From: Wenjunlia vitaminophila DSM 41686
Lineage (GTDB): Bacteria > Actinomycetota > Actinomycetes > Streptomycetales > Streptomycetaceae
Length of the DNA stretch: 64,000 nt
Assembly: GCF_000380165.1 (NCBI RefSeq)
Contig: NZ_KB904735.1
Coordinates: 116,721 to 180,720 of the forward strand
Reading direction: 5' to 3'
A model generated the notes under the pieces. The model did not search any database. It worked only from the letters and a program-made list of their open reading frames with translations, and was not told the origin of the DNA. This document shows positions 41,126 through 52,027 of this stretch, in pieces. Position 1 is the stretch's first letter; every line of letters begins with the position of its first letter. A program made the translations under genes and the position numbers.

Positions 41126-42553
41126 TCACCCGGCGTCGGGGAGGGTGGCGGCGGGGCGTTCGGCCGCGCGGCGTTCGGAGCCGGTCCGGGCCGCGCCGGC
41201 CAGCGCCCTGAGCCGGTCCTCTGACAGGTCGTACCTGGTCAGCAGCGGGAGGCTGATCAGCATCAGCAGCGCGGGCAGCGCGCCGAAGCCGATCACCACG
41301 CCGGTCAGCGCGGAGTCCGGCTGGGACACCCGGTGCTCCGCGTCGGAGGAGACGAACCCACTGACCGCGAGGACGAGGCCGAACAGGGCCGGCCCCAGGG
41401 CCAGCCCCATGGTCTCGCCCGCGGTCCAGAGCCCGGTGAACACCCCGGCCCTGCGCCGTCCGCTGGTGAACGTGTCCGCGGCGATGGCGTCGCCCAGCAT
41501 GGACAGTTGCAGCATCTGCATCCCCGCGTAGCCGATGCCGGCGAGGCCCACGGCGGCGAACGCCGCCGCCTCCGGGAGCTGCCGGCACAGGGCGGCGACC
41601 GCCGCCCCCGCCAGGAAGCAGCCGGACGCGGCGAAGGCGGCGTTGCGCTTGCCCACCCGCCGACCCGCGGCCAGCCAGAGCGGCATGGCCAGCAGGGACG
41701 GGACGATCAGGCAGGCGAACAGCGCCGTGACGGCGTCGGGTTCGTCCAGGACGTAGGTGGCGAAGTACTGGGCGCCGGCGAGCATCAGCCCCGCCGCGGC
41801 GGACTGCACCACGTACACCGTCAGCAGCCAGACGAACGGGCGGTTCCCCCGGGCGGCCCGCAACTGCGCCGGGAGGGAGGGCTCGCTGACCGTGGCCGGC
41901 AGGGCGCTGGGGGCGCCGGCGGTGGCCAGGATGGAACCGAAGGCGCCCGCACAGACCAGCGCCCCGATGACCACGCCCATCAGCCGGTAGCCGGCGAGCG
42001 TGCCGTGGTCGTCCCCCGAGGAGCCGGCGAGCACCGGGGCGACGGACCCGGACAGCAGGATGGCGCCGCCGAGGAAGGCCACCCGCCAGGACATCAGGCG
42101 GGCCCGCTCGTCGGGGTCCGCGGTCAGCTCGGCGGGCAGGGCGACGAACGGGACCTGGAAGCACGCGAACCCCGTCGCGGTCAGCAGGAACAGCACGGCG
42201 ACGTAGGCGGTGGCCCACCCCAGGCCCAGGGGCGGGCCGGCGAACATCGCCGCGAAGCCCAGCGGCAGGGCGACGGCACCACCGACCATCCACGGCCGAC
42301 GCGGACCCCACCGGTGCGCCGTGCGGTCCGAACGGCTGCCCACCCAGGGGTTGAGCAGCACGTCCCACGCCTTGGGCAGGAAGACCAGGAACCCCGCGAG
42401 ACCCGCGGCTACGCCGAGGACGTCGGTGAGGTAGTAGAGGAGCAGCAGTCCCGGCACGGTGTTGAAGGTGCCGGTGGCGAAGGACCCGAGTCCGTAGCCG
42501 ACACGGACGCGCGTGCTCAGCGGGCCGTTGGGCGCCGCGTCTGTAGCGGACAT
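41126..42553 (-). CDS. MFS transporter, glycoside-pentoside-hexuronide (GPH) cation symporter family
   Basis: 12 TM, N-terminus MSATDAAPNGPLSTRVRVGYGLGSF (LSxRxKxxYGxG-type). The overlapping 41076..42821 ORF is judged an artefact. Confidence 0.75.
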   Translation of the reverse strand: MSATDAAPNGPLSTRVRVGYGLGSFATGTFNTVPGLLLLYYLTDVLGVAAGLAGFLVFLPKAWDVLLNPWVGSRSDRTAHRWGPRRPWMVGGAVALPLGFAAMFAGPPLGLGWATAYVAVLFLLTATGFACFQVPFVALPAELTADPDERARLMSWRVAFLGGAILLSGSVAPVLAGSSGDDHGTLAGYRLMGVVIGALVCAGAFGSILATAGAPSALPATVSEPSLPAQLRAARGNRPFVWLLTVYVVQSAAAGLMLAGAQYFATYVLDEPDAVTALFACLIVPSLLAMPLWLAAGRRVGKRNAAFAASGCFLAGAAVAALCRQLPEAAAFAAVGLAGIGYAGMQMLQLSMLGDAIAADTFTSGRRRAGVFTGLWTAGETMGLALGPALFGLVLAVSGFVSSDAEHRVSQPDSALTGVVIGFGALPALLMLISLPLLTRYDLSEDRLRALAGAARTGSERRAAERPAATLPDAG

Positions 42554-42940
42554 GCGCGGAAGGTAGGGGACGGTCATCCAGCGGTGATAGCTCTCGGCTC
42601 GAGAGCGGTGTGTCAGGTGGTTCCCGCCGGCGCCCGCCCCGGGCCGCACCGTCAGAGTCTCCCCGTGCGCCGTGGCCCTCCCTCGTTCTGCCCTCACCGC
42701 TGGAACGTCGGAACGCCGACCGCCGTGCGGTTGGCCCTCGTGGGCCCGCGGTCCGGTTGGGCAAACGGGGTGCAATCCGGAGGAACGGAAGTCGATCGTC
42801 CGGCGCTTTTGACAAGTACAAGTCAGAATCAAGATGGTAGTCGCATCATCCGACACGTTGTTCCGCCCCCGTCTCCCGGCGAGGGCTGTTCGCCCGTGCG
42901 CGCGACCTCAAGAGGGTCGTTCGGAGAACTGGAGGAACGG

Positions 42941-43393
42941 ATGCGTCGGCTCACCACCAGCCTCGCCACCACCGCCGTGGCGGCCCTCGTCGGCGTCGGC
43001 CTGGCCAGCACCCCCGCCCAGGCCGTGCCCGCGGACAAGGCACAGGTCCTCGCCAGTTGGACCCAGACCAGCGCCAGCAGCTACAACGCCTGGTACTCGG
43101 CGCGGCTGAACCAGTCGGCCTGGTCGGCCTACGCCTTCGACTGGTCCACGGACTACTGCAGCAGCTCGCCGGACAACCCCTGGGGCTTCCCGTTCAAGAA
43201 CGCCTGTGCGCGTCATGACTTCGGGTACCGCAACTACAAGGCCATGGGGACCTTCTCGGCCAACAAGTCACGTCTGGACTCCGCCTTCTACGAGGACCTG
43301 AAGCGGGTCTGCAACAACTACAGCGGCGCGACCAAGACGGCCTGCGACAGCACGGCGTGGACCTACTACCAGGCGGTCAAGCTCCTCGGCTGA
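42941..43393 (+). CDS. secreted prokaryotic phospholipase A2 (Streptomyces violaceoruber type)
   Basis: Signal peptide MRRLTTSLATTAVAALVGVGLASTPAQA. Mature region is near-identical in pattern to the S. violaceoruber PLA2 (CARHDFGYRNY His-Asp dyad, 4 Cys). GGAGGAA SD. Confidence 0.85.
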   Translation: MRRLTTSLATTAVAALVGVGLASTPAQAVPADKAQVLASWTQTSASSYNAWYSARLNQSAWSAYAFDWSTDYCSSSPDNPWGFPFKNACARHDFGYRNYKAMGTFSANKSRLDSAFYEDLKRVCNNYSGATKTACDSTAWTYYQAVKLLG

Positions 43394-43619
43394 TCCGGCA
43401 CGCACGGGCGCGGAACCCGTAGCCGCCCCCGGCACGCAGGGTCGCTACCCACCGTAGTCGCCGGGAATACGCCGTTGTGCGCAGGATGCGACGTAGGTTC
43501 TCTCCTCGGTCGCGCCACCGCGCCCGCCGGGGGCGACACTGGTCGTGGGCGCACCACTGCCAGGGGCGGTGACCTGAGCACACGTCACCCATCCCGGTAT
43601 TACCGAACGCTTGCCTGAA

Positions 43620-43675
43620 GCGCGCAGCCGCGTCTGCTCCCCCTCACCCGCGGCTGCGCGCATGCGTGCGCGCAG
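43620..43675 (+). other. two mutually exclusive GC-rich hairpins (13-bp stem GCGCGCAGCCGCG/CGCGGCTGCGCGC; 8-bp stem CTGCGCGC/GCGCGCAG)
   Basis: Perfect stems. The 3' arm of the first stem supplies the 5' arm of the second. Located between the PLA2 stop and the pentapeptide-repeat gene. Confidence 0.3.
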
Positions 43676-43720
43676 CGTGTTCGGCTCCGGGCTGAGAAAA
43701 TGTGATGAACGGGCTGCGAG

Positions 43721-45532
43721 GTGGCACCCGGCGGCGCTACACAACGAGGTGTGACTGATCACCAGCCGCCGAACTGGTCGCACTGCGGCGAGGGCACCAC
43801 CTCCACCGACCCCGTCGGCTGCCGGGGGATACGCGTCGCCGGCACCGGCCGCTGCCTGGCCCACCTTCCGCCGGACGGGCGGGCCGCCCACCTCGCGGCC
43901 CTTGAGCCGGGGGCGGACGTGGACTACCGGGGGGTGACCCTCGGCTCCGGGCTGCTGGGGGAGGTCCTCGGGGCGGTGCAGGACGACACCGGTTGCGCAC
44001 GGTTCGGCGACGCCAGGTTCGACGGGGCCGTCTTCACCGCCCGCGCCTGGTTCGACCAGGCGGTGTTCACCGGCGACGCGGTGTTCCACCGTGCGGAGTT
44101 CCAGTGGGGGGCGACGTTCGAGCGGGTGGCCTTCCGCGGCGCCGCCACCTTCGAGGGCGCCCGTTTCGCCAACACCGCGCGGTTCATGGACGCGGTGTTC
44201 TGTGCCGAGGCCGAGTTCCGCGGTGCGCGGTTCACCGACCGCACGGAGTTCACCGGGGCCACGTTCCACGGCGAGGCACGGTTCCAGGACGCGTGCTTCA
44301 CCGCCGACGCCTGGTTCAACCGGGCCGACTTCCAGCACGGTGCCGCCTTCACCCGGGCGTCGTTCGCCGGTGACGCGGGGTTCGCCGGGGCCAGGTGCCT
44401 GGGCCCCTTCCACCTCGACGAGGCGTCCCTGCCCGAGGTCCAACGGCTGGGGCCGCTGACCGGTGTGCTGGACGTCCACCTGGACGGCTCGGAGTTCGGT
44501 GCCCCGGTGGTGGCGGAGCTCGCCGCCCAGCGGGTGTCGTTGGCCGGCACCCGGTTCGCCGCGCCGGCCGTGCTCCACGTGCGCTACGCCGAGGTCGATC
44601 TGACCGGGGTGGCCATCGAGTCGCTGCTGACCGTCGCGGGCGACGCGGACCCCGAGCCGCGGTTCGGCGAGGTGCTGCTGGCGTTCGGCCGCGACAGCCC
44701 GCGCCCCCGCGTGACCTCACTGCGCCGGGTCGACGCCGCCTGTCTGGTACTGGCCGACGTGGACCTCACCACCTGCGTGTTCAGCGGGGTGCACCACCTG
44801 GACCAGATCCGCCTCGAAGGCCACTGCGGCTTCGCCCGGCCCCCGCGCCGGCGGTTCCCCTTCGCCTGGGTGGACCGGCAACTGCTCGGCGAGGAGCACC
44901 ACTGGCGGGCCCTGCCCGTCCACCGGCCCTACGCCAGGGAGGGCTGGACGAGGGGGCCCGGTCGCCCGCACGCCTCGGCCACCGCGGGCCCGGCCACCCT
45001 CGCCGTGCTCTACCGCCAGCTCCGCAAGGCCTTCGAGGACGCGAAGGACGAGCCGGGCGCCGCCGACTTCTACTACGGCGAGATGGAGATGCGCCGACAC
45101 CACGCCGGCAACCCGTGGGGCGAACGCGTCCTGCTGCACCTGTACTGGGCGCTCTCCGGTTACGGGCTGCGTGCCTCCAGGGCCCTGGGGTGGCTGGCGG
45201 CCTGCGCGGCGCTGTTCATGACGCTGCTGATGGGCCTCGGCCTCCCCGACTCCAGCCCGACCCAGACGGCGACGGGCCCGATCCGCGACGACCGGGTCAG
45301 TCTGGTGATCGACGGCCAGGAACCGGAACTCACCCTGGGCCACCGCCAGCGCTACACCCCGGAGCGGGCCGAGAAGTCGCTGCGGCTGGTGCTCAACTCC
45401 GTGGTCTTCCGCTCCAGCGGGCAGAACCTCACGACGGCCGGCACCTACATCGAGATGGCCTGCCGGTTCACCGGGCCAGTGCTGCTCGGCCTGGCCGCGC
45501 TCGCGGTCCGCGGGCGGGTGAAACGGAGCTGA
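43721..45532 (+). CDS. pentapeptide-repeat protein with Cys-rich N-terminus and C-terminal TM helices
   Basis: About 30 consecutive A(D/N)(L/F)xx-type pentapeptides (ARFGD ARFDG AVFTA ...). N-terminus CGEG...CRG...CLAH. C-terminal hydrophobic helices. Start codon uncertain (GTG). Confidence 0.75.
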   Translation: MAPGGATQRGVTDHQPPNWSHCGEGTTSTDPVGCRGIRVAGTGRCLAHLPPDGRAAHLAALEPGADVDYRGVTLGSGLLGEVLGAVQDDTGCARFGDARFDGAVFTARAWFDQAVFTGDAVFHRAEFQWGATFERVAFRGAATFEGARFANTARFMDAVFCAEAEFRGARFTDRTEFTGATFHGEARFQDACFTADAWFNRADFQHGAAFTRASFAGDAGFAGARCLGPFHLDEASLPEVQRLGPLTGVLDVHLDGSEFGAPVVAELAAQRVSLAGTRFAAPAVLHVRYAEVDLTGVAIESLLTVAGDADPEPRFGEVLLAFGRDSPRPRVTSLRRVDAACLVLADVDLTTCVFSGVHHLDQIRLEGHCGFARPPRRRFPFAWVDRQLLGEEHHWRALPVHRPYAREGWTRGPGRPHASATAGPATLAVLYRQLRKAFEDAKDEPGAADFYYGEMEMRRHHAGNPWGERVLLHLYWALSGYGLRASRALGWLAACAALFMTLLMGLGLPDSSPTQTATGPIRDDRVSLVIDGQEPELTLGHRQRYTPERAEKSLRLVLNSVVFRSSGQNLTTAGTYIEMACRFTGPVLLGLAALAVRGRVKRS

Positions 45533-45606
45533 GCCGGACCGGCCCCGCCCGACGGGGCGCCCCGGTCCCCGGGCGGTTCCGCCGTGCCGGCACCGGAAGC
45601 CGTCGC

Positions 45607-46698
45607 CTACGCGGCGGTCCTGGCCACCGCCGTGGCCACCACCCCCGCCAGCCCACCGCCACCGCGCAACGCCTCGTGCTGCGCGGCGGCGCCGTTCCCG
45701 CGGCGCAGCACGGCATGGACGCGCTCCTGGACCAGGGCCAGGTCACCCGCTGAGATCAGCGCGGCGGCACAGTGCTCGACCAGCGTCCGCAGCACCTGCT
45801 CCGCCGGGACGGGGGTGTGCCCCACCGGGTGCAGGAGCTGCCCGTCGAGGCCGGAGCGACCGGCCCGCCAGGAGGCGAGCCGCAGCAGGGGCACGCTCAT
45901 CGGATCGGGTGGCTCGCCCTGCAACCACTCCCGCGCCGCGGTCTCCACCAGGGCCCTGATCAGCGCGGCGATCAGCACGGTGTCGTCCGCGTCCAGGCAC
46001 ACGTCGGCCACCCTGATCTCCACCGTCGGGTAGTTCGCGGAGAGCCGGGCGTCGAAGTAGACCATGCCCCGGTCCAGCAGCGTTCCGGAGTCCACCATGG
46101 CCTGCACCGCGGCGTGGTAGCGCTTGGCCGAGCCGAAGAGCTCGACCGGTCCGGACGACGGCCAGCGGCTCCACACCTGCGACCGGTAACTGGTGTACCC
46201 GGTGTCCCGCCCCTGCCAGAACGGGGAGTTCCCACTGAGGGCGATCAGCGGGGCGAGCCAGGGCCGGACCCGGTCCAGCACCGCGACTCCCTCCTCGTCC
46301 GACTCGACCCCCACGTGGACGTGGCAGCCGCAGGTGAGCTGCTCCTGGGCGGTGAGCCCGTACTCCTCACAGATCCGGCGGTAGCGGGCCATGGGGCTCA
46401 CCGAGGGGTCCACCGGCAGCGGCGAGGTGGCCAGCGCCGCCACCTCGACATCGGCCTGCCTGGCCCGTTCGGACGCCTCCCGGCGCCAGCGACGCACCTC
46501 GTCGGACAGCTCGTCCATGGTCAGGCACGGACGGGTACCGGTCTCGAGCTGCTCGCGTTGGAGCTCCGCCACCAGGGGGTCGTTGTCCCCGGGGGACCTG
46601 AGCACCGCACCGGCGACCGCCCGTGGATGGCCCGTGGCGGGGTCCACGAGGAGCAGTTCTTCCTCGACTCCGACGCTTCGGACGGTGGTGGTGTCCAC
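45607..46698 (-). CDS. ybdK: carboxylate-amine ligase (glutamate-cysteine ligase family 2)
   Basis: GVEEELLLVD start and the conserved GCS2 blocks (TCGCHVHVGV, NSPFWQG). Confidence 0.85.
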   Translation of the reverse strand: MDTTTVRSVGVEEELLLVDPATGHPRAVAGAVLRSPGDNDPLVAELQREQLETGTRPCLTMDELSDEVRRWRREASERARQADVEVAALATSPLPVDPSVSPMARYRRICEEYGLTAQEQLTCGCHVHVGVESDEEGVAVLDRVRPWLAPLIALSGNSPFWQGRDTGYTSYRSQVWSRWPSSGPVELFGSAKRYHAAVQAMVDSGTLLDRGMVYFDARLSANYPTVEIRVADVCLDADDTVLIAALIRALVETAAREWLQGEPPDPMSVPLLRLASWRAGRSGLDGQLLHPVGHTPVPAEQVLRTLVEHCAAALISAGDLALVQERVHAVLRRGNGAAAQHEALRGGGGLAGVVATAVARTAA

Positions 46699-46895
46699 AC
46701 CGTTGGACTTGCCGCTAACCCCCGCCCGAAAACTCGTGTGGTGCCCTCGTCTCCGTTGGGCCTGGTCACCAGGCGTCCCCGGTCGGGGGTGGGAGTCGGC
46801 TCCGGCCCCGCCGGCGACAGCCGTGCGTCACGGGCGGTGGACACAGCGCTTGTGTTCGCTCTCGCCTCCGGCCGCTTGGGGTGCCCCTGCCTGCG

Positions 46896-46935
46896 TTCCT
46901 CAGCCTGCTCCCTCGTTCCTCAGCCTGCTCCCTCG
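46896..46935. repeat. perfect tandem duplication of a 20-bp unit TTCCTCAGCCTGCTCCCTCG
   Basis: Read directly from the sequence. Located in the 680 nt non-coding gap between the rpf stop and the ybdK start. Confidence 0.6.
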
Positions 46936-47375
46936 TTCTTCGGTCGCCGGGCTTCGTCTCTTGGCAGGGGCGCGGCCTGTGTGCGCGGGAAGGTCGCTCG
47001 TCCGGGTGACAGGAGGCGTCGATCACGGGTGGGTTGCGATCCGACAGCGATCCGGAGCGCCGTTCCGCGGGGCCCCGGTACGGCGCGTCCCTCGTGCGTG
47101 GCGCGGGGACCGGCAGGAACGCACGCCCTGGAGTCCCGCTTGAGTGAACCGAGGAATCCCATCGGTTGATGAATTTGTTCCCTGCGGATGCTGCGGAACG
47201 GGCACCGGGTACGGTACAAAGGAACCAGGCCCGTCCGGTGTGCATCCCCCGTCGCACCGGCCGGGCCCTTTCCCTTTCCCGGGACGGTCCGGCCGCGCGC
47301 CGCGCGAACGGCGCGGCGGCCCCGCGGACGATGTCCGCGAGGCCGCCGTGGACCGCTGGCGCCGGTGCTACGGGG

Positions 47376-48765
<1,390 letters not shown>

Positions 48766-48851
48766 TCCGGCTCGGACAAGCATCGGAATTTCCCTAGATC
48801 AATTGACTTGCACCCACCGTGAAGCCGGATGACTCTGTGTGGAGGACTTCT

Positions 48852-48864
48852 GGCGTGAAATCCG
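48852..48864. repeat. 13-mer GGCGTGAAATCCG (copy 1) in the low-GC region far upstream of rpf
   Basis: An exact second copy lies at 49057-49069. GGAATTTCCC/GGAATTCCCG words also recur (48784, 49003). Confidence 0.35.
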
Positions 48865-49056
48865 TTTCGAGGCGAGTGAGCCCATTGATGCACCTGGAGA
48901 TTTGTCCGAATAGATCAGTCATAGCGAAGAATGCGGCGTGAGTTGTGTCACGGAACCGCCGGCATCCCTCCGGCGTCCGGAGATCATTTGTTGTTGCCGC
49001 TCTCGGAATTCCCGCTGTTCCACCAGGTATTTGACGGGATGCCAAGGGAGTCGGCC

Positions 49057-49069
49057 GGCGTGAAATCCG
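49057..49069. repeat. 13-mer GGCGTGAAATCCG (copy 2)
   Basis: Exact direct repeat of 48852-48864, 205 bp apart. Confidence 0.35.
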
Positions 49070-49202
49070 AGGGGAGATGGAATGCCGACGTGACTTCGGA
49101 CACAACTCCTTCTCCGGGAAATGACCTCACGCGCTCGCCGGAGCCCGCGGCGCGGCGAGGAGTCGGGGCCGCCGCCCGTGTGACGGCCCCGGGGCGCGGC
49201 GC

Positions 49203-49875
49203 TCAGCGGCGACCGCGGGACGGGCTCCGCCGGCGGGGGCTGACCAGGAGGAAGGCGGCACCGGAACGGTCCGTGTGGCGGGTGGGTTGCCAGCCGCGGG
49301 CGGACAGCGCCGCGGCACAGTCGTTGAGACGGTCCCCGGGGCCGGACCAGGACACCCGGACCGCGTCCGGCTGCGGGGACGCGGCCACCCGGTAGCCCCC
49401 GCCCCGGGCCGACGGGGCGGGGGGCAGGCCCGCGGCCTCGAGGGCGAGTGCCGCGGCGTGCACCGGACGGGACCGTTCCCACTCGGCCGGGCAGTCGGTG
49501 CCGCCCTGGAGCAGGCCACGGATCTGGAGCAGCGCCGCCCAGGCGGCGGCGACCTCCCGCTGCCGGCCGGGACCGGTGGGGACGCCGCCCTCCTGGCCCG
49601 TCGCCGCGGCGAAACCGGACGGGTCGGCGGCCACCGCGGGTGTCCCGGCTCCCGGCTCCTCCACCGGAGCCAGCAGCCGGCTCCGCAGCGCTCGTCCCGC
49701 CTCGGTGAGGTAGTGCGCCGGGCTGCGCGCGTGCCGGTACGCCAGCCCCCTGGTACGGAGGGCTGCGCAGGTCACGGCCGCGGCCGACAGACGGCCGGTA
49801 TCCGGGTCCGCCGCGAGGACGGCGCGTCGCTGGGCATCGCTGAGCCCGCTCGATGGGTGCGGCATGGCCCTCATC
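49203..49875 (-). CDS. hypothetical protein (about 224 aa), no recognisable motif
   Basis: Open frame starting MRAMPHPSSGLSDAQRRAVLAADPDTG immediately downstream of the molybdopterin-subunit stop. Could be a chance ORF in GC-rich DNA. Confidence 0.3.
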
Positions 49876-49909
49876 CTGCCGCGGGTGCGCCGCGGCGGGG
49901 GCCCGAGCG

Positions 49910-52027
49910 TCAGATCCGCCCCTGAGCGATCATGGCCTCGAGCAGCGCGTCCGGTTGCGCGGGGAGGTCCCGGACCCGGACGCCGGTGGCATGGTGGATC
50001 GCGTTGGTCACCGCCGCCGCGGTGCCGACGATGCCCAGTTCGCCGATCCCCTTGGAGCCCATCGGATTGAGCCGGGAATCCTCCTCGGCGAGCCAGTGCA
50101 CGTCGATCTCCCGCACGTCGGCGCAGCTCGCCACGTGGTAGGAGGCCAGGTCCCGCTCGGGGTGGTCCCCGAACGCCAGGTCCAGCGTGCTCGTCTCGGT
50201 CAGCGCCATGGACAGGCCCATGATCATGCCGCCGAGGAGCTGGGACCTGGCGGTGCGGGGGTTGAGGATGCGGCCGGCGGCGAACACGCCGAGCAGCCTG
50301 CGCACCCGGGCCTCGCCGGTGTCCACGTCCACGGCCACCTCGGCGAACTGCGCCCCGAACGAACGGCGGGTGTACTGGTCGTCGGTCGCCAGGTCCTCGG
50401 TGGTGTCCACGGTCACCGTCAGGCCCCCTGCGGGCACCGCGCCCTGGTGCTCGTCGATCCGCCGGCTCAGCTCCCCGCAGGCCTTGTGCACGGCCCAGCC
50501 CCAGGAGGCGGTGCCGCACGAACCGCCGGCCAGGGGGGCCCGGGGCAGGTCGGTGCGCCCGATGTCGATCTCCAGCTCGTCCACCCCGATGCCCAGGGTG
50601 CTCGCGGCGATCTGGGCGAGCACGGTCCTGGCCCCGGTGCCGATGTCGGTGGCGTTGATCTCGACCAGGAAACCGCCGCCCGGGTTGGCGTGCGCCCGGG
50701 CCGAGGAGGGGATGACCTCCGCGGGGTAGGTGCTCGCGGCGACCCCGCTGCCGATCAGCAACCGGCCCTGCCGCCGCATCGCCGGGGCCGGGTCGCGGTC
50801 CGCCCAGCCGAAGCGGTCGGCGCCCGCGCGGAGGCACTCCACCAGGTGGCGGCTGCTGAAGGGTCTGCCGGTGTGCGGGTCCACGTCCGGCTCGTTGCGC
50901 GCCCGCAGCTCGATCGGGTCCATGGCGCAGGCCACGGCCAGCTCGTCCATCGCCGACTCCACCGCGAACATCCCCGAGCACTCCCCGGGGGCGCGCATCC
51001 ACGACGGGCTGGGAACGTCGAGCGGCGCCACCCGCTCCCGGGTCAGCCGGTGCGGGGCCGCGTAGAGGGAACGGGTGGGCTGGGTGGCCCTCTCCCGCCA
51101 GTCGGGACTCAGCGGGGAGGTGTAGGTGTCCACCTCGTGGGCGATGGCGCGGACCCTGCCCTCGGTGTCGGCTCCTAGCCTGACCCGCTGCAGGGTGCTC
51201 GCGCGGTAGCCGGTCAACGCGGGCAGCAGCCCCCTGGGCAGGGCGAGTTTGACCGGCCGGTTGACCGCCATGGCCGCCATCGCGGCCAGCACCACGTGCG
51301 GTCGCGGCGTGCCCTTGGCGCCGAAGCCGCCGCCGACGTGCTCGGAAACCACGCTGACCTGGTCGGGCTCGAGTTCGAACAGGGCGGCCAGGGCGTCCCG
51401 CACCGCGTTGCTGCCCTGGCTGGAGTCGAACACGACGAGCCGGCCGCCGAGCCACTGCGCGGTGGCGGCGTGCGGCTCCATGGGGTGGTTGTGCAGCGGG
51501 GGGATGCTGTAGACGGCGTCGATCCGCACCTGCGCGCCGTGGAAGGCGGCGGGGAAGTCCCCCTGGGCGCTTTCCGCCCCCTCGGGCGTGACCAGCCTGG
51601 GGTGTTCGGGGGTCAGCTCCAGGTCGGGCGGCACGGGGGCGCACTCGATCCGCACCGCCGCGGCCATCGCCCGGGCGGCGGGCAGGGTCTCGGCGACGGC
51701 GAGCGCCACCACCTGGCCCCGGTGGGCGATCCGGGGTGACTGCAGCACGGCCAGGGTGCGGTCGTCCGCGTCGCCGAGGCGGGGGGCGTCGTCGTGGGCG
51801 AGCACGGACAGGGCGCCGGGCTCGGCCATGGCCGCGGCGCGGTGCACCGCGGTGACCGTCCCCTTGGCGACGGGCGCCGGCACCGGCCACGCGTGGGCGC
51901 AGCCCGCCGGGGTGTGATCGGCGGCGTACCTGGCCGAACCGGTCACCTTGGCCCGGCCGTCCAGCCGGGGGACCGGTTCGCCCAGCGGGGGACCCCAGGG
52001 AACGGCGCCGAACGTGGTGCCGGTCAT
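49910..52027 (-). CDS. xanthine dehydrogenase / aldehyde oxidase family molybdopterin-binding large subunit
   Basis: MoCo-binding large-subunit blocks (GGGFGAKG, catalytic Glu region). 705 aa. ATGA overlap with the FAD subunit. Confidence 0.85.
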   Translation of the reverse strand: MTGTTFGAVPWGPPLGEPVPRLDGRAKVTGSARYAADHTPAGCAHAWPVPAPVAKGTVTAVHRAAAMAEPGALSVLAHDDAPRLGDADDRTLAVLQSPRIAHRGQVVALAVAETLPAARAMAAAVRIECAPVPPDLELTPEHPRLVTPEGAESAQGDFPAAFHGAQVRIDAVYSIPPLHNHPMEPHAATAQWLGGRLVVFDSSQGSNAVRDALAALFELEPDQVSVVSEHVGGGFGAKGTPRPHVVLAAMAAMAVNRPVKLALPRGLLPALTGYRASTLQRVRLGADTEGRVRAIAHEVDTYTSPLSPDWRERATQPTRSLYAAPHRLTRERVAPLDVPSPSWMRAPGECSGMFAVESAMDELAVACAMDPIELRARNEPDVDPHTGRPFSSRHLVECLRAGADRFGWADRDPAPAMRRQGRLLIGSGVAASTYPAEVIPSSARAHANPGGGFLVEINATDIGTGARTVLAQIAASTLGIGVDELEIDIGRTDLPRAPLAGGSCGTASWGWAVHKACGELSRRIDEHQGAVPAGGLTVTVDTTEDLATDDQYTRRSFGAQFAEVAVDVDTGEARVRRLLGVFAAGRILNPRTARSQLLGGMIMGLSMALTETSTLDLAFGDHPERDLASYHVASCADVREIDVHWLAEEDSRLNPMGSKGIGELGIVGTAAAVTNAIHHATGVRVRDLPAQPDALLEAMIAQGRI

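Noticed and set aside
41076-42821. Alternative 581-aa ORF on the minus strand overlapping the GPH transporter gene
   Set aside because: The translation is Arg/Gly/Pro-rich without TM periodicity. The other frame (41126..42553) gives a 12-TM MFS protein.
47292-47310. GCCGCGC-gaacg-GCGCGGC hairpin downstream of rpf, considered as an intrinsic terminator
   Set aside because: No U-tract follows on the rpf strand and GC-rich hairpins are frequent by chance, so it is not annotated.
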